Source: Cytophagales bacterium | GTDB lineage: Bacteria > Pseudomonadota > Gammaproteobacteria > Burkholderiales > Burkholderiaceae_C | Assembly (NCBI GenBank): GCA_030054145.1 | Contig: JASGCK010000011.1 | Coordinates: 3,684 to 67,683, forward strand | Length of the DNA stretch: 64,000 nucleotides | Reading direction: 5' to 3' | Part shown: piece after piece, positions 52,507-61,892 of the stretch | Layout: each line of letters starts with the position of its first letter | Position numbering within the stretch: the first letter of the stretch is position 1 | Made by a program: the position numbers and the translations under genes | The notes under the pieces: generated by a model | The model's database searches: none | Told to the model about the DNA's origin: nothing | What the model saw: the letters and a program-made list of their open reading frames with translations, nothing else

Positions 52507-53954
52507 TGTCTTGCCGCGCTTGCCAACTCTAGCGCCAAGCGGTTATGCGCTTCAATGAGCGGCTCAATCTCTAGCGTAGCGAGCCGTCCTTCGCGCACCA
52601 CCACGCGGCCATTCACGATGGTGTAGTCCGCATTGCCGCTGGCGCACAGCATGAGCGCCCCCACAGGGTCATGCACTGCGCCGCCCGCCATAGCCAGTGT
52701 GTCGGTGCGAAACATCGCAATGTCTGCACAAAAACCTTCTCTGATTTGCCCAATAGCATGCGCACGCCCCAGCACCTCTGCGCCGCCGCGTGTGGCAAGG
52801 CGTAGTGCATCACGAGGGGTCATCTCAGAGGGCCCCGCATCGCAGCCCAATGGCTCTAGCGCTTTGCCAACGCGTGCCAACAGCATCGCTTGCCGTGCTT
52901 CATTCAAGATGTGCGCCGCATCGTTGCTGGCGCTGCCATCCACACCAAGGCCCACAGGCACGCCTGCGTTCAACATTTTGCGCAGCGGCAAGATACCGCT
53001 AGATAGGCGCATATTGCTGCATGGGCAATGCGCAATGCCGGTGCGTGTGGCGGCAAAAAGCGAGATGCCGACATCGTCCAATTTAACGCAGTGCGCGTGC
53101 CATACGTCTGCGCCTACCCAACCCAAATCTTCGGCGTACTGGGCAGGCGTGCGGTTGAATTTTTCTTGGCTATATGCCACATCGTGATCATTTTCGGCAA
53201 GGTGCGTATGCAAACGCACGCCGTAGCTACGCGCTAATTTTGCGGATTCGCGCATGAGGTCTGTACTCACACTAAACGGCGAGCAAGGCGCAAGCGCCAC
53301 TTGCACCATCGCACCATGCGCAGCATCGTGATAGGTCTCGATTAAGCGCTGCGATTCTTTGAGGATGAATGGTTCGCGCTCCACCACGCGATCGGGTGGC
53401 AAGCCACCTGCGCTCTCGCCCACGCTCATGCTACCGCGCGTGGCAGTAAAGCGCATCCCGATAGCCTGCGCTGCTTCGATGCTGTCGTCTAGGCGAATGC
53501 CGTTGGGATAGATATAGAGATGGTCGCTGCTCGTCGTGCAGCCCGATAGCAATAATTCCGCCATCGCAATTTTGTTGGAGACTTGCACCATCTCGGGCGT
53601 GAGTCCCGCCCAAATGGGATAAAGCCCTTTGAGCCAAGAAAAGAGTTCTGCGCTTTGCACGGAGGGAATAGCCCGCGTCAGGCTTTGCACCATGTGGTGA
53701 TGCGTATTGACCATGCCTGGAACGACCACGTGATGCCGCGCGTCGATGATCTCTACCCCCGTGGAAGCCTTATCCAGTATGGCTTGCAGAGCCGTTTCAT
53801 CATCCGCATCGCCTTTTTTGAAGATGCGTTCTATCCGCCCGTTCTTCAAAAAAAGCGACGCGCCGTACAGTTCGCCAGTCGCATTGTTGGGCTCTGTACG
53901 CGCGTCGTCTTGGGTTGCAATGCACCCTGCTCGTAGGATTAATAAAGGTGTCAT
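52500..53954 (-). CDS. amidohydrolase-superfamily deaminase (8-oxoguanine/guanine deaminase-like)
   Basis: 484 aa. Metal-binding 'VVPGMVNTHHHM', 'HTHLAEN' and 'VGLGVDGSASND'. It lies downstream of a BMP-type nucleoside ABC operon. Confidence 0.78.
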   Translation of the reverse strand: MTPLLILRAGCIATQDDARTEPNNATGELYGASLFLKNGRIERIFKKGDADDETALQAILDKASTGVEIIDARHHVVVPGMVNTHHHMVQSLTRAIPSVQSAELFSWLKGLYPIWAGLTPEMVQVSNKIAMAELLLSGCTTSSDHLYIYPNGIRLDDSIEAAQAIGMRFTATRGSMSVGESAGGLPPDRVVEREPFILKESQRLIETYHDAAHGAMVQVALAPCSPFSVSTDLMRESAKLARSYGVRLHTHLAENDHDVAYSQEKFNRTPAQYAEDLGWVGADVWHAHCVKLDDVGISLFAATRTGIAHCPCSNMRLSSGILPLRKMLNAGVPVGLGVDGSASNDAAHILNEARQAMLLARVGKALEPLGCDAGPSEMTPRDALRLATRGGAEVLGRAHAIGQIREGFCADIAMFRTDTLAMAGGAVHDPVGALMLCASGNADYTIVNGRVVVREGRLATLEIEPLIEAHNRLALELASAARHR

Positions 53955-53967
53955 CGTCTTTAAAAGT

Positions 53968-54042
53968 GCCGTTCTGACTGAGCTTGTCGGGAGCCTGCTT
54001 GGCGCAGTGACAAAGCCCCTCGACAGGCTCAGGGCGAACGGG
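53968..54042. repeat. REP family 2 hairpin
   Basis: 'GCCGTTCTGACTGAGCTTGTCGGGAG' ... 'CCTCGACAGGCTCAGGGCGAACGGG' lies between the binding-protein stop and the amidohydrolase start. Confidence 0.72.
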
Positions 54043-54047
54043 ATTTC

Positions 54048-55202
54048 TTACTTCTTACCGCTGGGCACTTTGCCTTCTACACCTTTAACGTAGAACGTGA
54101 TGCCGCTCATAAATTTATCGTCGGCGACTTCATCCTTTTTCAAAACCTCTTTGCCGTCTTGTCCAAGGATAGGACCTTTCCAGATGGTGAATGAGCCAGA
54201 TTTGAGACCTGCTTTGACTTCATCCAACTTGGTTTTTACGTCGGCGGGCACATCGGCGGCGACGGATACGAAATCAATGGCGCCTTCTTTCACGCCCCAC
54301 CACGCTTGGCCTGTTGCCCATTTGCCCTCTAGCGCATCTTTGGTCGCTTTGATGTAGTAGGGTGCCCAGTTAATCACAGCAGAACCTAAGTGTGCTTTAG
54401 GACCATAGGCGGTCATGTCCGAGTCCCAGCCAAAGGCGCGTTTACCGAGCTTTTCTGCGGTTTGCAAAACGGCAGGTGAGTCAGTGTTTTGCATCAGTAC
54501 GTCTGCGCCGCCGTTAATCAAACTGGTTGCCGCTTCGGTTTCTTTGGGCGGTGCGAACCACTCGCCAACCCATACCACACGGGTTTTGATTTTTGGATTA
54601 ACGCTTTGCGCGCCAAGCGTAAAGCTGTTGATGTTGCGGATCACTTCTGGAATTGGGATTGAGCCCACCACACCCAGCGTATTGGACTTGGTCATCTTGC
54701 CCGCAATCACGCCCGCCATGTATGCGCCTTCGTATGTGCGGCTGTCGTAGGTGCGCATATTCTCAGCTGTTTTGTAACCCGTGGCGTGTTCAAACTTCAC
54801 GTCTTTAAATTCAGGCGCAACTTTGAGCATGGGATCCATATAGCCAAATGTTGTGCCAAAAATGAGTTTGTTGCCTTGGCTAGCCATGTCGCGAATCACG
54901 CGCTCGGCATCCGCAGACTCGGGCACATTTTCAACAAACGATGTTTTGATTTTGTCGCCAAACTCTTTTTCTAAAGCCTTGCGTGCGGTGTCATGTGCAA
55001 ACGTCCAGCCACCGTCACCGACGGGACCCACGTAAGCGAAAGCGATTTTGAGTGGATCAGCCTTGGGCGCAGCTGCCGCAGGCGCTGGCGCAGCAGCTTC
55101 TTTCTTGCCGCAACCGATTAAGGCCGCAGTCACTAATGCTGCTGCCGCGATGGCGGTAGCTTGAAGTGCAAAACGTTTATTCAGATTCATGGAGAGACTC
55201 AC
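54048..55202 (-). CDS. BMP-family (Med/PnrA-like) ABC substrate-binding lipoprotein
   Basis: 384 aa with lipobox 'ALIGCGK'. 'KIAFAYVGPVGDGGWTFAHD' and 'GTTFGYMDP' are typical of BMP purine-nucleoside binders. Confidence 0.9.
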   Translation of the reverse strand: MSLSMNLNKRFALQATAIAAAALVTAALIGCGKKEAAAPAPAAAAPKADPLKIAFAYVGPVGDGGWTFAHDTARKALEKEFGDKIKTSFVENVPESADAERVIRDMASQGNKLIFGTTFGYMDPMLKVAPEFKDVKFEHATGYKTAENMRTYDSRTYEGAYMAGVIAGKMTKSNTLGVVGSIPIPEVIRNINSFTLGAQSVNPKIKTRVVWVGEWFAPPKETEAATSLINGGADVLMQNTDSPAVLQTAEKLGKRAFGWDSDMTAYGPKAHLGSAVINWAPYYIKATKDALEGKWATGQAWWGVKEGAIDFVSVAADVPADVKTKLDEVKAGLKSGSFTIWKGPILGQDGKEVLKKDEVADDKFMSGITFYVKGVEGKVPSGKK

Positions 55203-55274
55203 TTTCTGGGAGGGTTAAAAAAATGACGACCGATAAATTGTATACACGCAAGGGGGGGGCGTTATTTCCCCTTG

Positions 55275-56198
55275 TCAATTTGGATGAAACGGCTTACCCA
55301 AAGACGCTGGCATATTGACTTTAATCCAATCGGGCTTGCGCGAGATGAGTACCAACACAACGATGGTTGCCATGTAGGGCAGCATATTTAAAAACTCGGC
55401 GGCAATATCGACCCCCGCGCCTTGCAAATGGAATTGCAGCATCGTGACACCGCCAAACAAATACGCGCCCAGCAGTACCCGTGCGGGTCGCCACGTGGCA
55501 AAGGTGGTCAGCGCCAGCGCAATCCAGCCCTTGCCTGCAACCATGCCCTCAACCCACAGCGGCGTGTAGACGAGGGCGAGATACGCTCCCGCCAAACCGC
55601 ACAGCGCACCGCCTGCGACGACCGCCATTAATCTAATACGCCGCACGTTGTAACCCAGTGCGTGTGCGGATTCTGGGCTTTCACCCACGGCACGCAGTAT
55701 CAGCCCTGCACGAGTTTTGTAGAGAAAGTAAATCAGTCCTAGCGCCAATCCAACCGCCGCATAGACCAGTGGGTGCTGCTTGAATAGAGCCACTCCAACG
55801 AGCGGAATGTCAGACAAATAAGGCACAGCAAAATGCAGACGCGGCGGCAGCATCGCTTGCACATAGCTGGTTCCCGCAAAAGCGGACAAGCCTGCGCCAA
55901 ACAGCGATAGCGCCAGTCCTGATGCATAGCTATTCGCGCCTAACCAAATCACCAGCAGCCCAAAAACCCAAGCCAAGATCGCACCCGATGCCATGCCCGC
56001 GCAAAAGCCCAGCCAGTCTTGCCCCGTAGCCACCACCGTGGCAAAGCCCGCCAGCGCCGAGCACAGCATCATGCCTTCTGCGCCCAAGTTGACAACGCCA
56101 GCTTTCTCGTTGATGAGAAGCCCCAGCGCCGCCAATGCCAGTACCGTGCCAGCCGCTAAGGTTGAGCCGATGAGAAGTGCGTAGGTTTCCATATCCAT
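55275..56198 (-). CDS. ABC transporter permease (BMP-type system, second permease)
   Basis: ATG 56198 (MDMETY...) gives 307 polytopic aa. The longer track ORF starting at 56345 reads through a REP ('FDKLSPNG') and is rejected. Confidence 0.87.
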   Translation of the reverse strand: MDMETYALLIGSTLAAGTVLALAALGLLINEKAGVVNLGAEGMMLCSALAGFATVVATGQDWLGFCAGMASGAILAWVFGLLVIWLGANSYASGLALSLFGAGLSAFAGTSYVQAMLPPRLHFAVPYLSDIPLVGVALFKQHPLVYAAVGLALGLIYFLYKTRAGLILRAVGESPESAHALGYNVRRIRLMAVVAGGALCGLAGAYLALVYTPLWVEGMVAGKGWIALALTTFATWRPARVLLGAYLFGGVTMLQFHLQGAGVDIAAEFLNMLPYMATIVVLVLISRKPDWIKVNMPASLGKPFHPN

Positions 56199-56215
56199 AC
56201 CTATAGATCCGTTCT

Positions 56216-57358
56216 CTATATGTCCGTTCGGGCTGAGCTTGTCGAAGCCCCGCCTGTTAATTTTCCGCCAGTTAATTTGCCTCTCGACAGGCGCAGGGCG
56301 AACGGTTTGCGCATGGTGATTGTGTAAGCAATCAACGTATCGCAAGCCAAGAGCGAGAACAAGAGCAAACCTTGGAATACGCCTGTCACCGATTTAGGAA
56401 TGCCCATGCGTGATTGCGCCATTTCTCCGCCAATGTAGAAGAGACTCATGAGTAAGCTTGCCAGCACCACGCCCACAGGATGCAGTCTGCCCACATACGC
56501 CACGATGATGGCGGCAAAGCCATAGCCTGCGGGCACGTAGGGTGTTAGCTGACCAATAGGCCCTGCAACTTCTAATGCGCCCGCCAAGCCTGCGGCCCCG
56601 CCCGAAATCAGCAGTGCTGTCCATAATGCCGATCTGCTGGAGAAGCCCGCGTAGCGTGCGGCACGCGGCGCAAGTCCCCCGACGGTGAGCGCAAATCCCG
56701 CTTTGCTTCTAAACAAAAATAGCCATAAACCAGCCGCGCCCAAAAGACCCAGCACCATGCCGATGCTGACGCGCGAGCCTTTCATGAGCCTTGGAATTTG
56801 CGTCACCGCTTCAAAGCTTTTACTTTGCGGAAAGTTATAGCCTGCGGGGTCTTTGAATGGACCATTGACCATAAAATTAAGCGTAAACACGGCGATATAA
56901 ACCAGCATTAAGCTGACCAAAATTTCATTGGCATGAAAGCGATCTTTGAGCAGCGCGGTGATGCCCGCCCAGAACATTCCGCCCAAAATGCCCGCGAGCA
57001 AAAGGGCGGGAATGATCCAAGCGCCGGTCTCTTTGCTAGCGCCAAGGGCAACCCAGCTAGCAACGATAGCGCCCATCACAAACTGCCCCTCCGCGCCAAT
57101 GTTCCAAACACCCGAGCGAAAGCACACCGACAACCCCAGCGCAATGATGAGCAGCGGTGTTGCTTTGACGAGTAGCTCGCCAATGGCGTAACCCGATTTG
57201 ATAGGTTCCCAAAAAAACATCGTGAGACCGCGCACGGGGTCTTTGCCCAGCAAACTAAAAATCGTCAGCCCCACCAGCACCGTGATGACCAGTGCGAGCA
57301 GCGGCGACGCGTATGTCCAAACGCGAGAAGGTGCGGGGCGGGCGATGAGCTTAAGCAT
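56216..57358 (-). CDS. ABC transporter permease (BMP-type system, first permease)
   Basis: 380 aa, polytopic. The last roughly 28 codons ('KPFALRLSRGKLTGGKLTGGASTSSARTDI') and the stop are encoded by the REP family 2 element. Confidence 0.87.
   Translation of the reverse strand: MLKLIARPAPSRVWTYASPLLALVITVLVGLTIFSLLGKDPVRGLTMFFWEPIKSGYAIGELLVKATPLLIIALGLSVCFRSGVWNIGAEGQFVMGAIVASWVALGASKETGAWIIPALLLAGILGGMFWAGITALLKDRFHANEILVSLMLVYIAVFTLNFMVNGPFKDPAGYNFPQSKSFEAVTQIPRLMKGSRVSIGMVLGLLGAAGLWLFLFRSKAGFALTVGGLAPRAARYAGFSSRSALWTALLISGGAAGLAGALEVAGPIGQLTPYVPAGYGFAAIIVAYVGRLHPVGVVLASLLMSLFYIGGEMAQSRMGIPKSVTGVFQGLLLFSLLACDTLIAYTITMRKPFALRLSRGKLTGGKLTGGASTSSARTDI
56223..56305. repeat. REP family 2 hairpin
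   Basis: 'TCCGTTCGGGCTGAGCTTGTCGAAGCCCC' ... 'CTCGACAGGCGCAGGGCGAACGG'. The loop holds an internal direct repeat (TTAATTTTCCGCCAGTTAATTTGCC). Confidence 0.72.
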
Positions 57359-58967
57359 TTGTGAGGTCGTTGCCGTGGATTCCCGCCTTCGCGGGAATGA
57401 CAGGTGTGGTGGCGGGAATGACAGGTGTGGTAGCGGGAATGACAGGTGTGGTGGCGGGAATGACAGGTGCGGTAGCGGGGATGACGGGTGTGGTGGCGGG
57501 AATGACAGGGGGTGCTTCCCAAAGTCCGCTCATCCACTCGCCCACCAAGCTGGGCGTGGCCTCTAGGGCACTCATGCTGGGTGAGAGGCGGCCTTTGGCA
57601 ATTACGTGCAAGCGGTCGCAAACTTCAAATAGTTCGTCCAACTCGTCGCTGATAACCAGCACGGCACAGCCTTTGGCACGCAGCGCAAGTAACTCGCCTC
57701 GGATCTGCGCTGCCGCGCCTACATCGACTCCCCAAGTTGGCTGCGCGACCACGAGCACTTGGGGGTTGGCATCCATTTCGCGACCCACAATAAATTTTTG
57801 CAAATTACCGCCTGAGAGCGACTGAGCCAAAGCCGCGCTGCCTTTGCCTGATCCTGCTTTGACGTTGAAGGCGTGGATGATGCGCGTGGCTTGTTCATGC
57901 AACTTTTTAGGCGCAATCCACTCCATGCCCAAGCGCCGCGTAATGGCTTCGCTCCGCGTGAGTAGCAAGTTATCGGCCAGACTCATAGACGGCACTGCGC
58001 CGCAGCCGAGGCGCTCTTCGGGCACGATATGCAGTTTGTACGTACCACTAAATTGGCGTGTTGAAATGGCCGCCAATAATTCCTTTTGTCCATTGCCCGA
58101 TACGCCAGCAATGCCCACAACTTCACCTGCCCGCACATCAAGGTTGATCGCATTTAAATCGATACCAAATGGGTCGGACTTTGGCTCAGAGAAATGCTGG
58201 ATGACTAGGCGCGATTCGCCCGTTTGCATTGCATCACGCGCCAGCGCCCGAGGCTCAAAGCCAATCATCATGCGGGCTAGCGAGGCATTGGTCTGGGCGC
58301 TTGGCACGCATTCGCCCGTTACACGTCCTGCACGTAGCACCGTACAAGCGTCGCACAAAGCGCGGATTTCATCTAGCTTGTGACTGATGTACAAAATCGC
58401 ACAGCCCTCGCTCGCCAGCTTTCGCAGCACAATAAATAATTTCTCAACCGCTTGCGGAGTCAGCACCGATGTGGGCTCATCCAAAATCAACAGCTTGGGA
58501 TTGGTCAGCAAGGCGCGGATGATCTCCACGCGTTGCCGCTCGCCCACCGCCAGCGTATGCACGGGGCGTAGCGGATCAATGTCCAAGCCATACACGGCGG
58601 CCTTTTGCGTGATTTGCGCCGTTACGTCTTTGAGGCTCAGCGACTGGTCGAGTCCCAGCCAAACGTTCTCGGCAACCGATAACGTATCAAACAAACTGAA
58701 ATGCTGAAACACCATGCTAATGCCAAGCGAGCGAGCCGCTTGCGGATTCGCAATTTGCACCGCGTTGCCATCAAATAAAACTTGACCACGGTCTGGTTTT
58801 ACCGCGCCATAAATAATTTTCATCAACGTCGATTTACCCGCACCGTTCTCGCCCAGTACCGCGTGAATGCTGCCAGCGGCAACGGCAAGCGAGATGTCGT
58901 CGTTGGCCAGCACAGCAGGGTAGCGCTTGGTGATGGTTTGCAGGACGAGGCGGGCTGGGGAGGTCAT
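57351..58967 (-). CDS. ABC transporter ATP-binding protein, duplicated NBD (BMP/sugar type)
   Basis: 538 aa. NBD1 has 'GENGAGKST' and 'LILDEPTS'. NBD2 has 'GVSGNGQKEL', 'LSGGNLQKF' and 'LVVAQPTWGVD'. The C-terminal roughly 50 aa are the repeat-encoded (PVIPATT)n tail. Confidence 0.92.
   Translation of the reverse strand: MTSPARLVLQTITKRYPAVLANDDISLAVAAGSIHAVLGENGAGKSTLMKIIYGAVKPDRGQVLFDGNAVQIANPQAARSLGISMVFQHFSLFDTLSVAENVWLGLDQSLSLKDVTAQITQKAAVYGLDIDPLRPVHTLAVGERQRVEIIRALLTNPKLLILDEPTSVLTPQAVEKLFIVLRKLASEGCAILYISHKLDEIRALCDACTVLRAGRVTGECVPSAQTNASLARMMIGFEPRALARDAMQTGESRLVIQHFSEPKSDPFGIDLNAINLDVRAGEVVGIAGVSGNGQKELLAAISTRQFSGTYKLHIVPEERLGCGAVPSMSLADNLLLTRSEAITRRLGMEWIAPKKLHEQATRIIHAFNVKAGSGKGSAALAQSLSGGNLQKFIVGREMDANPQVLVVAQPTWGVDVGAAAQIRGELLALRAKGCAVLVISDELDELFEVCDRLHVIAKGRLSPSMSALEATPSLVGEWMSGLWEAPPVIPATTPVIPATAPVIPATTPVIPATTPVIPATTPVIPAKAGIHGNDLTNA
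57391..57511. repeat. 21-bp tandem repeat, about 5.7 copies, in-frame within the ATPase 3' end
   Basis: Units of GCGGGAATGACAGGTGTGGTG start at 57391, 57412, 57433, 57454, 57475 and 57496 with a few substitutions. A palindrome ATTCCCGC-cttc-GCGGGAAT (57379-57398) precedes them. Confidence 0.9.
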
Positions 58968-59124
58968 TGGAATAATCGTAACATGAGAGCCAAGGGATAC
59001 TGTGATTGCCTGCCACTTCGGTTGGTTGTTGCAAGTGGCGGATAACGCAGAGCCGCCTCGCCGCCTCGCCGCATCGCTCTTGCTGGGCGAGTGGCGCGCA
59101 ATTGTTTATTGTGGATTAAGGGCT

Positions 59125-59224
59125 CTCTGCATAATCCGTTCGCCCTGAGCTTGTCGAAGGGTAAGTGTTTGATTTGCTTTGGCTTCGACAGGCTCAGCCC
59201 GAACGGAAATGAAGTTATGCAGAG
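59125..59224. repeat. REP family 2 hairpin with extended outer arms
   Basis: 'CTCTGCATAATCCGTTCGCCCTGAGCTTGTCGAAGGG' ... 'CTTCGACAGGCTCAGCCCGAACGGAAATGAAGTTATGCAGAG', located upstream of the ABC operon and directly after the DUF3025 stop. Confidence 0.75.
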
Positions 59225-59229
59225 TGTCC

Positions 59230-59985
59230 TTAAGCATTTTTTGGACGAAAAACTTGTTGGTCTTCATAAAACGCCGTGTCTGCGTTTTCTGCGCACCAAT
59301 TGGGTACGCCCATAACTGGCAAGGGTGTGAAGGGCTTGGCGGCCATCAACTCGGACGAGAGCAGCGCGGCAATTGCCGCATCGTTTGCGGCGTGCATGGG
59401 TGCTGGCGGACAAAATAAATGCGCCGTGATGGCCTTGCGCGGGGCAGTTAATTTTTCTAATAGGGCATGACCAAAAATGACGACTTGCGCCTGCGCCCAA
59501 AGTGCCCGATGCTGTATGAATACAGCGTTCCAATCTTTATTTTGGATAGCTTTCAGCAGCGATGATGGGCTGTTGGGTTCGATTAAAAACGCCGCGTTTT
59601 CGTCAAATAAGGTGAGTGCGTCGCGCAGCTTGCCTCGATGCTGCGTCACGCCTGCCGCCTCAATGGCGGCTGCTTGCAATGCGTTTAATCGGGTTTTGAT
59701 TTTTGGAAAGTGCAGCCACATCAAACCATTAAAAAAATCGTGCAAATTGTTGCGTGTGGGCACGCTTTTGGTTTGCCAAATAAAGGACTCGTAAGCGGCC
59801 ACGCCTTGGGCTTTTTCTGGCGCGACAAAGCGCACGGGGCAGGCGATTTGTGGGTTTGCAACCAGTGCATGATTCAAAGCCGCATGGACTGGACTTCCCA
59901 GGGCAATTTGCTCCGCGAGCCTTATTCCTATTGGCTTGTAGGGCTTTAGCCACGGCGCACTCCAATTGATTAAATGAAACGCCAC
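59230..59985 (-). CDS. DUF3025-like protein
   Basis: '[11 protein letters not shown]' and '[18 protein letters not shown]' match my recollection of DUF3025, which commonly follows pyrC in betaproteobacteria. The start is uncertain: GTG 59985, or the longest ORF at 60057, which would overlap pyrC by 88 nt. Confidence 0.65.
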   Translation of the reverse strand: MAFHLINWSAPWLKPYKPIGIRLAEQIALGSPVHAALNHALVANPQIACPVRFVAPEKAQGVAAYESFIWQTKSVPTRNNLHDFFNGLMWLHFPKIKTRLNALQAAAIEAAGVTQHRGKLRDALTLFDENAAFLIEPNSPSSLLKAIQNKDWNAVFIQHRALWAQAQVVIFGHALLEKLTAPRKAITAHLFCPPAPMHAANDAAIAALLSSELMAAKPFTPLPVMGVPNWCAENADTAFYEDQQVFRPKNA

Positions 59986-61034
59986 GCAAGCTGCTCCCCG
60001 CCAGCCAATGGTTTTAACAGCGCCTCTCCAAACGCAAAACTCTCGGGCGCTGTCCATGCCTCGCGCTTTAATGTGATCGTGCCAGTGTTGCGCGGCAAGC
60101 CATAAAAATCTGCGCCAAAGAAACTGGCGAAGCCCTCTAGTTTGTCCATCTTGCCAACTGAGTCAAACGCTGCCGCGTAGAGTTCCATCGCGGCGTGCGC
60201 GGTGTAGCAACCTGCGCAGCCAACGGCGTGCTCTTTCAAGTGCGCGGCGTGCGGGGCGCTGTCGGTGCCTAAAAAGAATGCGGGATTGCCGCTGGTGGCG
60301 GCTTCTAACAACGCCAAGCGATGCGTTTCGCGCTTCAAGACAGGCAGGCAGTAATAGTGCGGGCGCACACCGCCCGTGAAGATGGCGTTTCGGTTGTAGA
60401 GCAGATGCTGCGCGGTGATGGTTGCGCCTAGCGTGAGCTTGCCCGTCTTGCTGGCGGCTTCGCCCGCCACATAATCTGCGGCTTCTTTTGTGGTGATGTG
60501 CTCCATCACGATTGTGAGTTCAGGGAAATCTTTGCGCAGCGGGATGAGGTGCTGATCGATGAACGCGGCTTCGCGGTCGAAGAGGTCGATCTCAGGCGAG
60601 GTGACTTCGCCGTGAACGAGCAGCAGCAGTCCTGACTTTTGCATCGCTTCCAGCGTTTTGTAGGTTTTGCGGATATCCGTCACGCCCGCGTCCGAGTTAG
60701 TCGTTGCGCCAGCGGGATAGAGCTTGAGCGCCACCACGCCAGCACCCTTGGCGCGAGCGATTTCATCGGGCGGCGTGTTGTCGGTCAGGTACAGCGTCAT
60801 CAAAGGCTCAAAACGCATACCAACTGGAATAGCAGCTTGGATGCGAGCCTTGTAGGACGTGGCCTGCGCGGCCGTCGTGACAGGCGGCTTCAGGTTGGGC
60901 ATGACGATGGCCCGCGCGAACTGCGCGGCAGTGTGCGGCACAACGGTTTGCAAAGCCGCGCCGTCGCGCAGGTGAATGTGCCAGTCGTCTGGGCGCGTAA
61001 GAGTGATGGTTTGAGTGGTGGGTGCGTTTATCAT
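59970..61034 (-). CDS. pyrC: dihydroorotase (homodimeric class II type)
   Basis: ATG 61034 gives 354 aa. '[14 protein letters not shown]', 'AIVMPNL', '[11 protein letters not shown]' and 'FLGTDSAPH'. Confidence 0.92.
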   Translation of the reverse strand: MINAPTTQTITLTRPDDWHIHLRDGAALQTVVPHTAAQFARAIVMPNLKPPVTTAAQATSYKARIQAAIPVGMRFEPLMTLYLTDNTPPDEIARAKGAGVVALKLYPAGATTNSDAGVTDIRKTYKTLEAMQKSGLLLLVHGEVTSPEIDLFDREAAFIDQHLIPLRKDFPELTIVMEHITTKEAADYVAGEAASKTGKLTLGATITAQHLLYNRNAIFTGGVRPHYYCLPVLKRETHRLALLEAATSGNPAFFLGTDSAPHAAHLKEHAVGCAGCYTAHAAMELYAAAFDSVGKMDKLEGFASFFGADFYGLPRNTGTITLKREAWTAPESFAFGEALLKPLAGGEQLAWRFI

Positions 61035-61114
61035 GGTGGCTTGATTATCTCTAGGCTTGGCTTGCGTGGAATAGCAGGTATATACTTCTAGGATATACAA
61101 AGGGGAGATTTAAC

Positions 61115-61372
61115 ATGAACACAGCACAAGCACTTGCACAGATAGCGCCGAGAACGACGACCGTCTTCACGTCTGGAAACAGCCAAGCCGTGCGCCTGCC
61201 CAAAGAGTTCCGCTTCGATAGCAAGCAAGTGTTTATCGAGCGGCGCGGCGCTGAGATTGTGCTCAGGTCAAAGCCGCTGACCATGCGCGAGTTTTTAGAC
61301 GAGCTGCCGCACATCCCAGATGCGCCATTGCAGGATACTGACCCAATCGAGCCTTCGATTCAAGCTTGGTAA
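61115..61372 (+). CDS. vapB: AbrB/SpoVT-type antitoxin VapB
   Basis: 85 aa with 'TTVFTSGNSQAVRLPKEFRF' (swapped-hairpin AbrB-like). An AGGGGAG RBS precedes it and a PIN gene follows 6 nt downstream. Confidence 0.8.
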   Translation: MNTAQALAQIAPRTTTVFTSGNSQAVRLPKEFRFDSKQVFIERRGAEIVLRSKPLTMREFLDELPHIPDAPLQDTDPIEPSIQAW

Positions 61373-61378
61373 GCCTCC

Positions 61379-61783
61379 ATGAGCGGTTACTTGATTGACA
61401 CCAATATTTGGAGTTTTTTGCAACAACGCAAATATCCAAAACTTGAAGCGCGATTTGCTAAGTGCAGTCCCGATCAGCTCTATCTCTCAGCCATCGTTCG
61501 CGGGGAGTTGGAGGTGGGCTTTGAGAAAGGCGACAAGCGAATTGAGCGGCGCATCAGCCTAGACAAAATCATCAAGGCAACGCAGCACTTAAGCGTGAGC
61601 CCTGCCGTTGCCGTGATGTATGCCAAGGTGCGGGCAGATCTAGAAACAAAGGGAACGCCAATTGGCGGTAACGATACATGGATAGCTGCCGAGGCATTGC
61701 ATCATCATTTGGTGCTTATTACCGATAACATCCGAGAGTTTGAGCGAGTGGCTGGGCTTCGGGTGGAAAATTGGGCGGAGTAG
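61379..61783 (+). CDS. vapC: PIN-domain toxin VapC
   Basis: 134 aa with 'YLIDTNIW', 'GELEVG', 'IGGNDTWIAAEAL' and 'LITDNIREFERV'. Confidence 0.88.
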   Translation: MSGYLIDTNIWSFLQQRKYPKLEARFAKCSPDQLYLSAIVRGELEVGFEKGDKRIERRISLDKIIKATQHLSVSPAVAVMYAKVRADLETKGTPIGGNDTWIAAEALHHHLVLITDNIREFERVAGLRVENWAE

Positions 61784-61892
61784 GTAAAAAAATGAGCAAC
61801 ACTAAAAATCCATACACAACTCGCACCAGACGTCTACAAGACGGAATTGCCGCCATTCAACATATGGCAACTTATGAAAAGCGGAAATAGCC

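Noticed and set aside
55252-55259. A G8 homopolymer upstream of the BMP binding-protein gene, considered as a phase-variation switch.
   Set aside because: It forms part of a small hairpin (CAAGGGG...CCCCTTG) in an intra-operon spacer. I could not place it between credible -35 and -10 hexamers or inside a coding frame. There is no evidence of length variation from a single sequence.
55275-56345. The N-terminally extended 356-aa version of the second permease.
   Set aside because: The extension translates a REP hairpin ('RGFDKLSPNG') and overlaps the upstream permease. ATG 56198 (MDMETY...) starts the hydrophobic body. The same logic rejects the extended ORF starts at 21, 2754, 3557, 7237, 13252, 14549, 16467, 26041, 46322, 50664 and 61100.
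57391-57511. Possible CRISPR array, suggested by regularly spaced repeats.
   Set aside because: The units are directly contiguous 21-mers with no spacers. They are in-frame inside an ABC ATPase ORF, and no cas genes are nearby. This is a coding tandem repeat derived from a REP palindrome.
61792-61890. A 32-codon ORF between vapC and the VWA gene, considered as a real small gene.
   Set aside because: No convincing RBS, no recognisable motif, and too short to evaluate by eye. It is mentioned only as a possible remnant in the corresponding finding.
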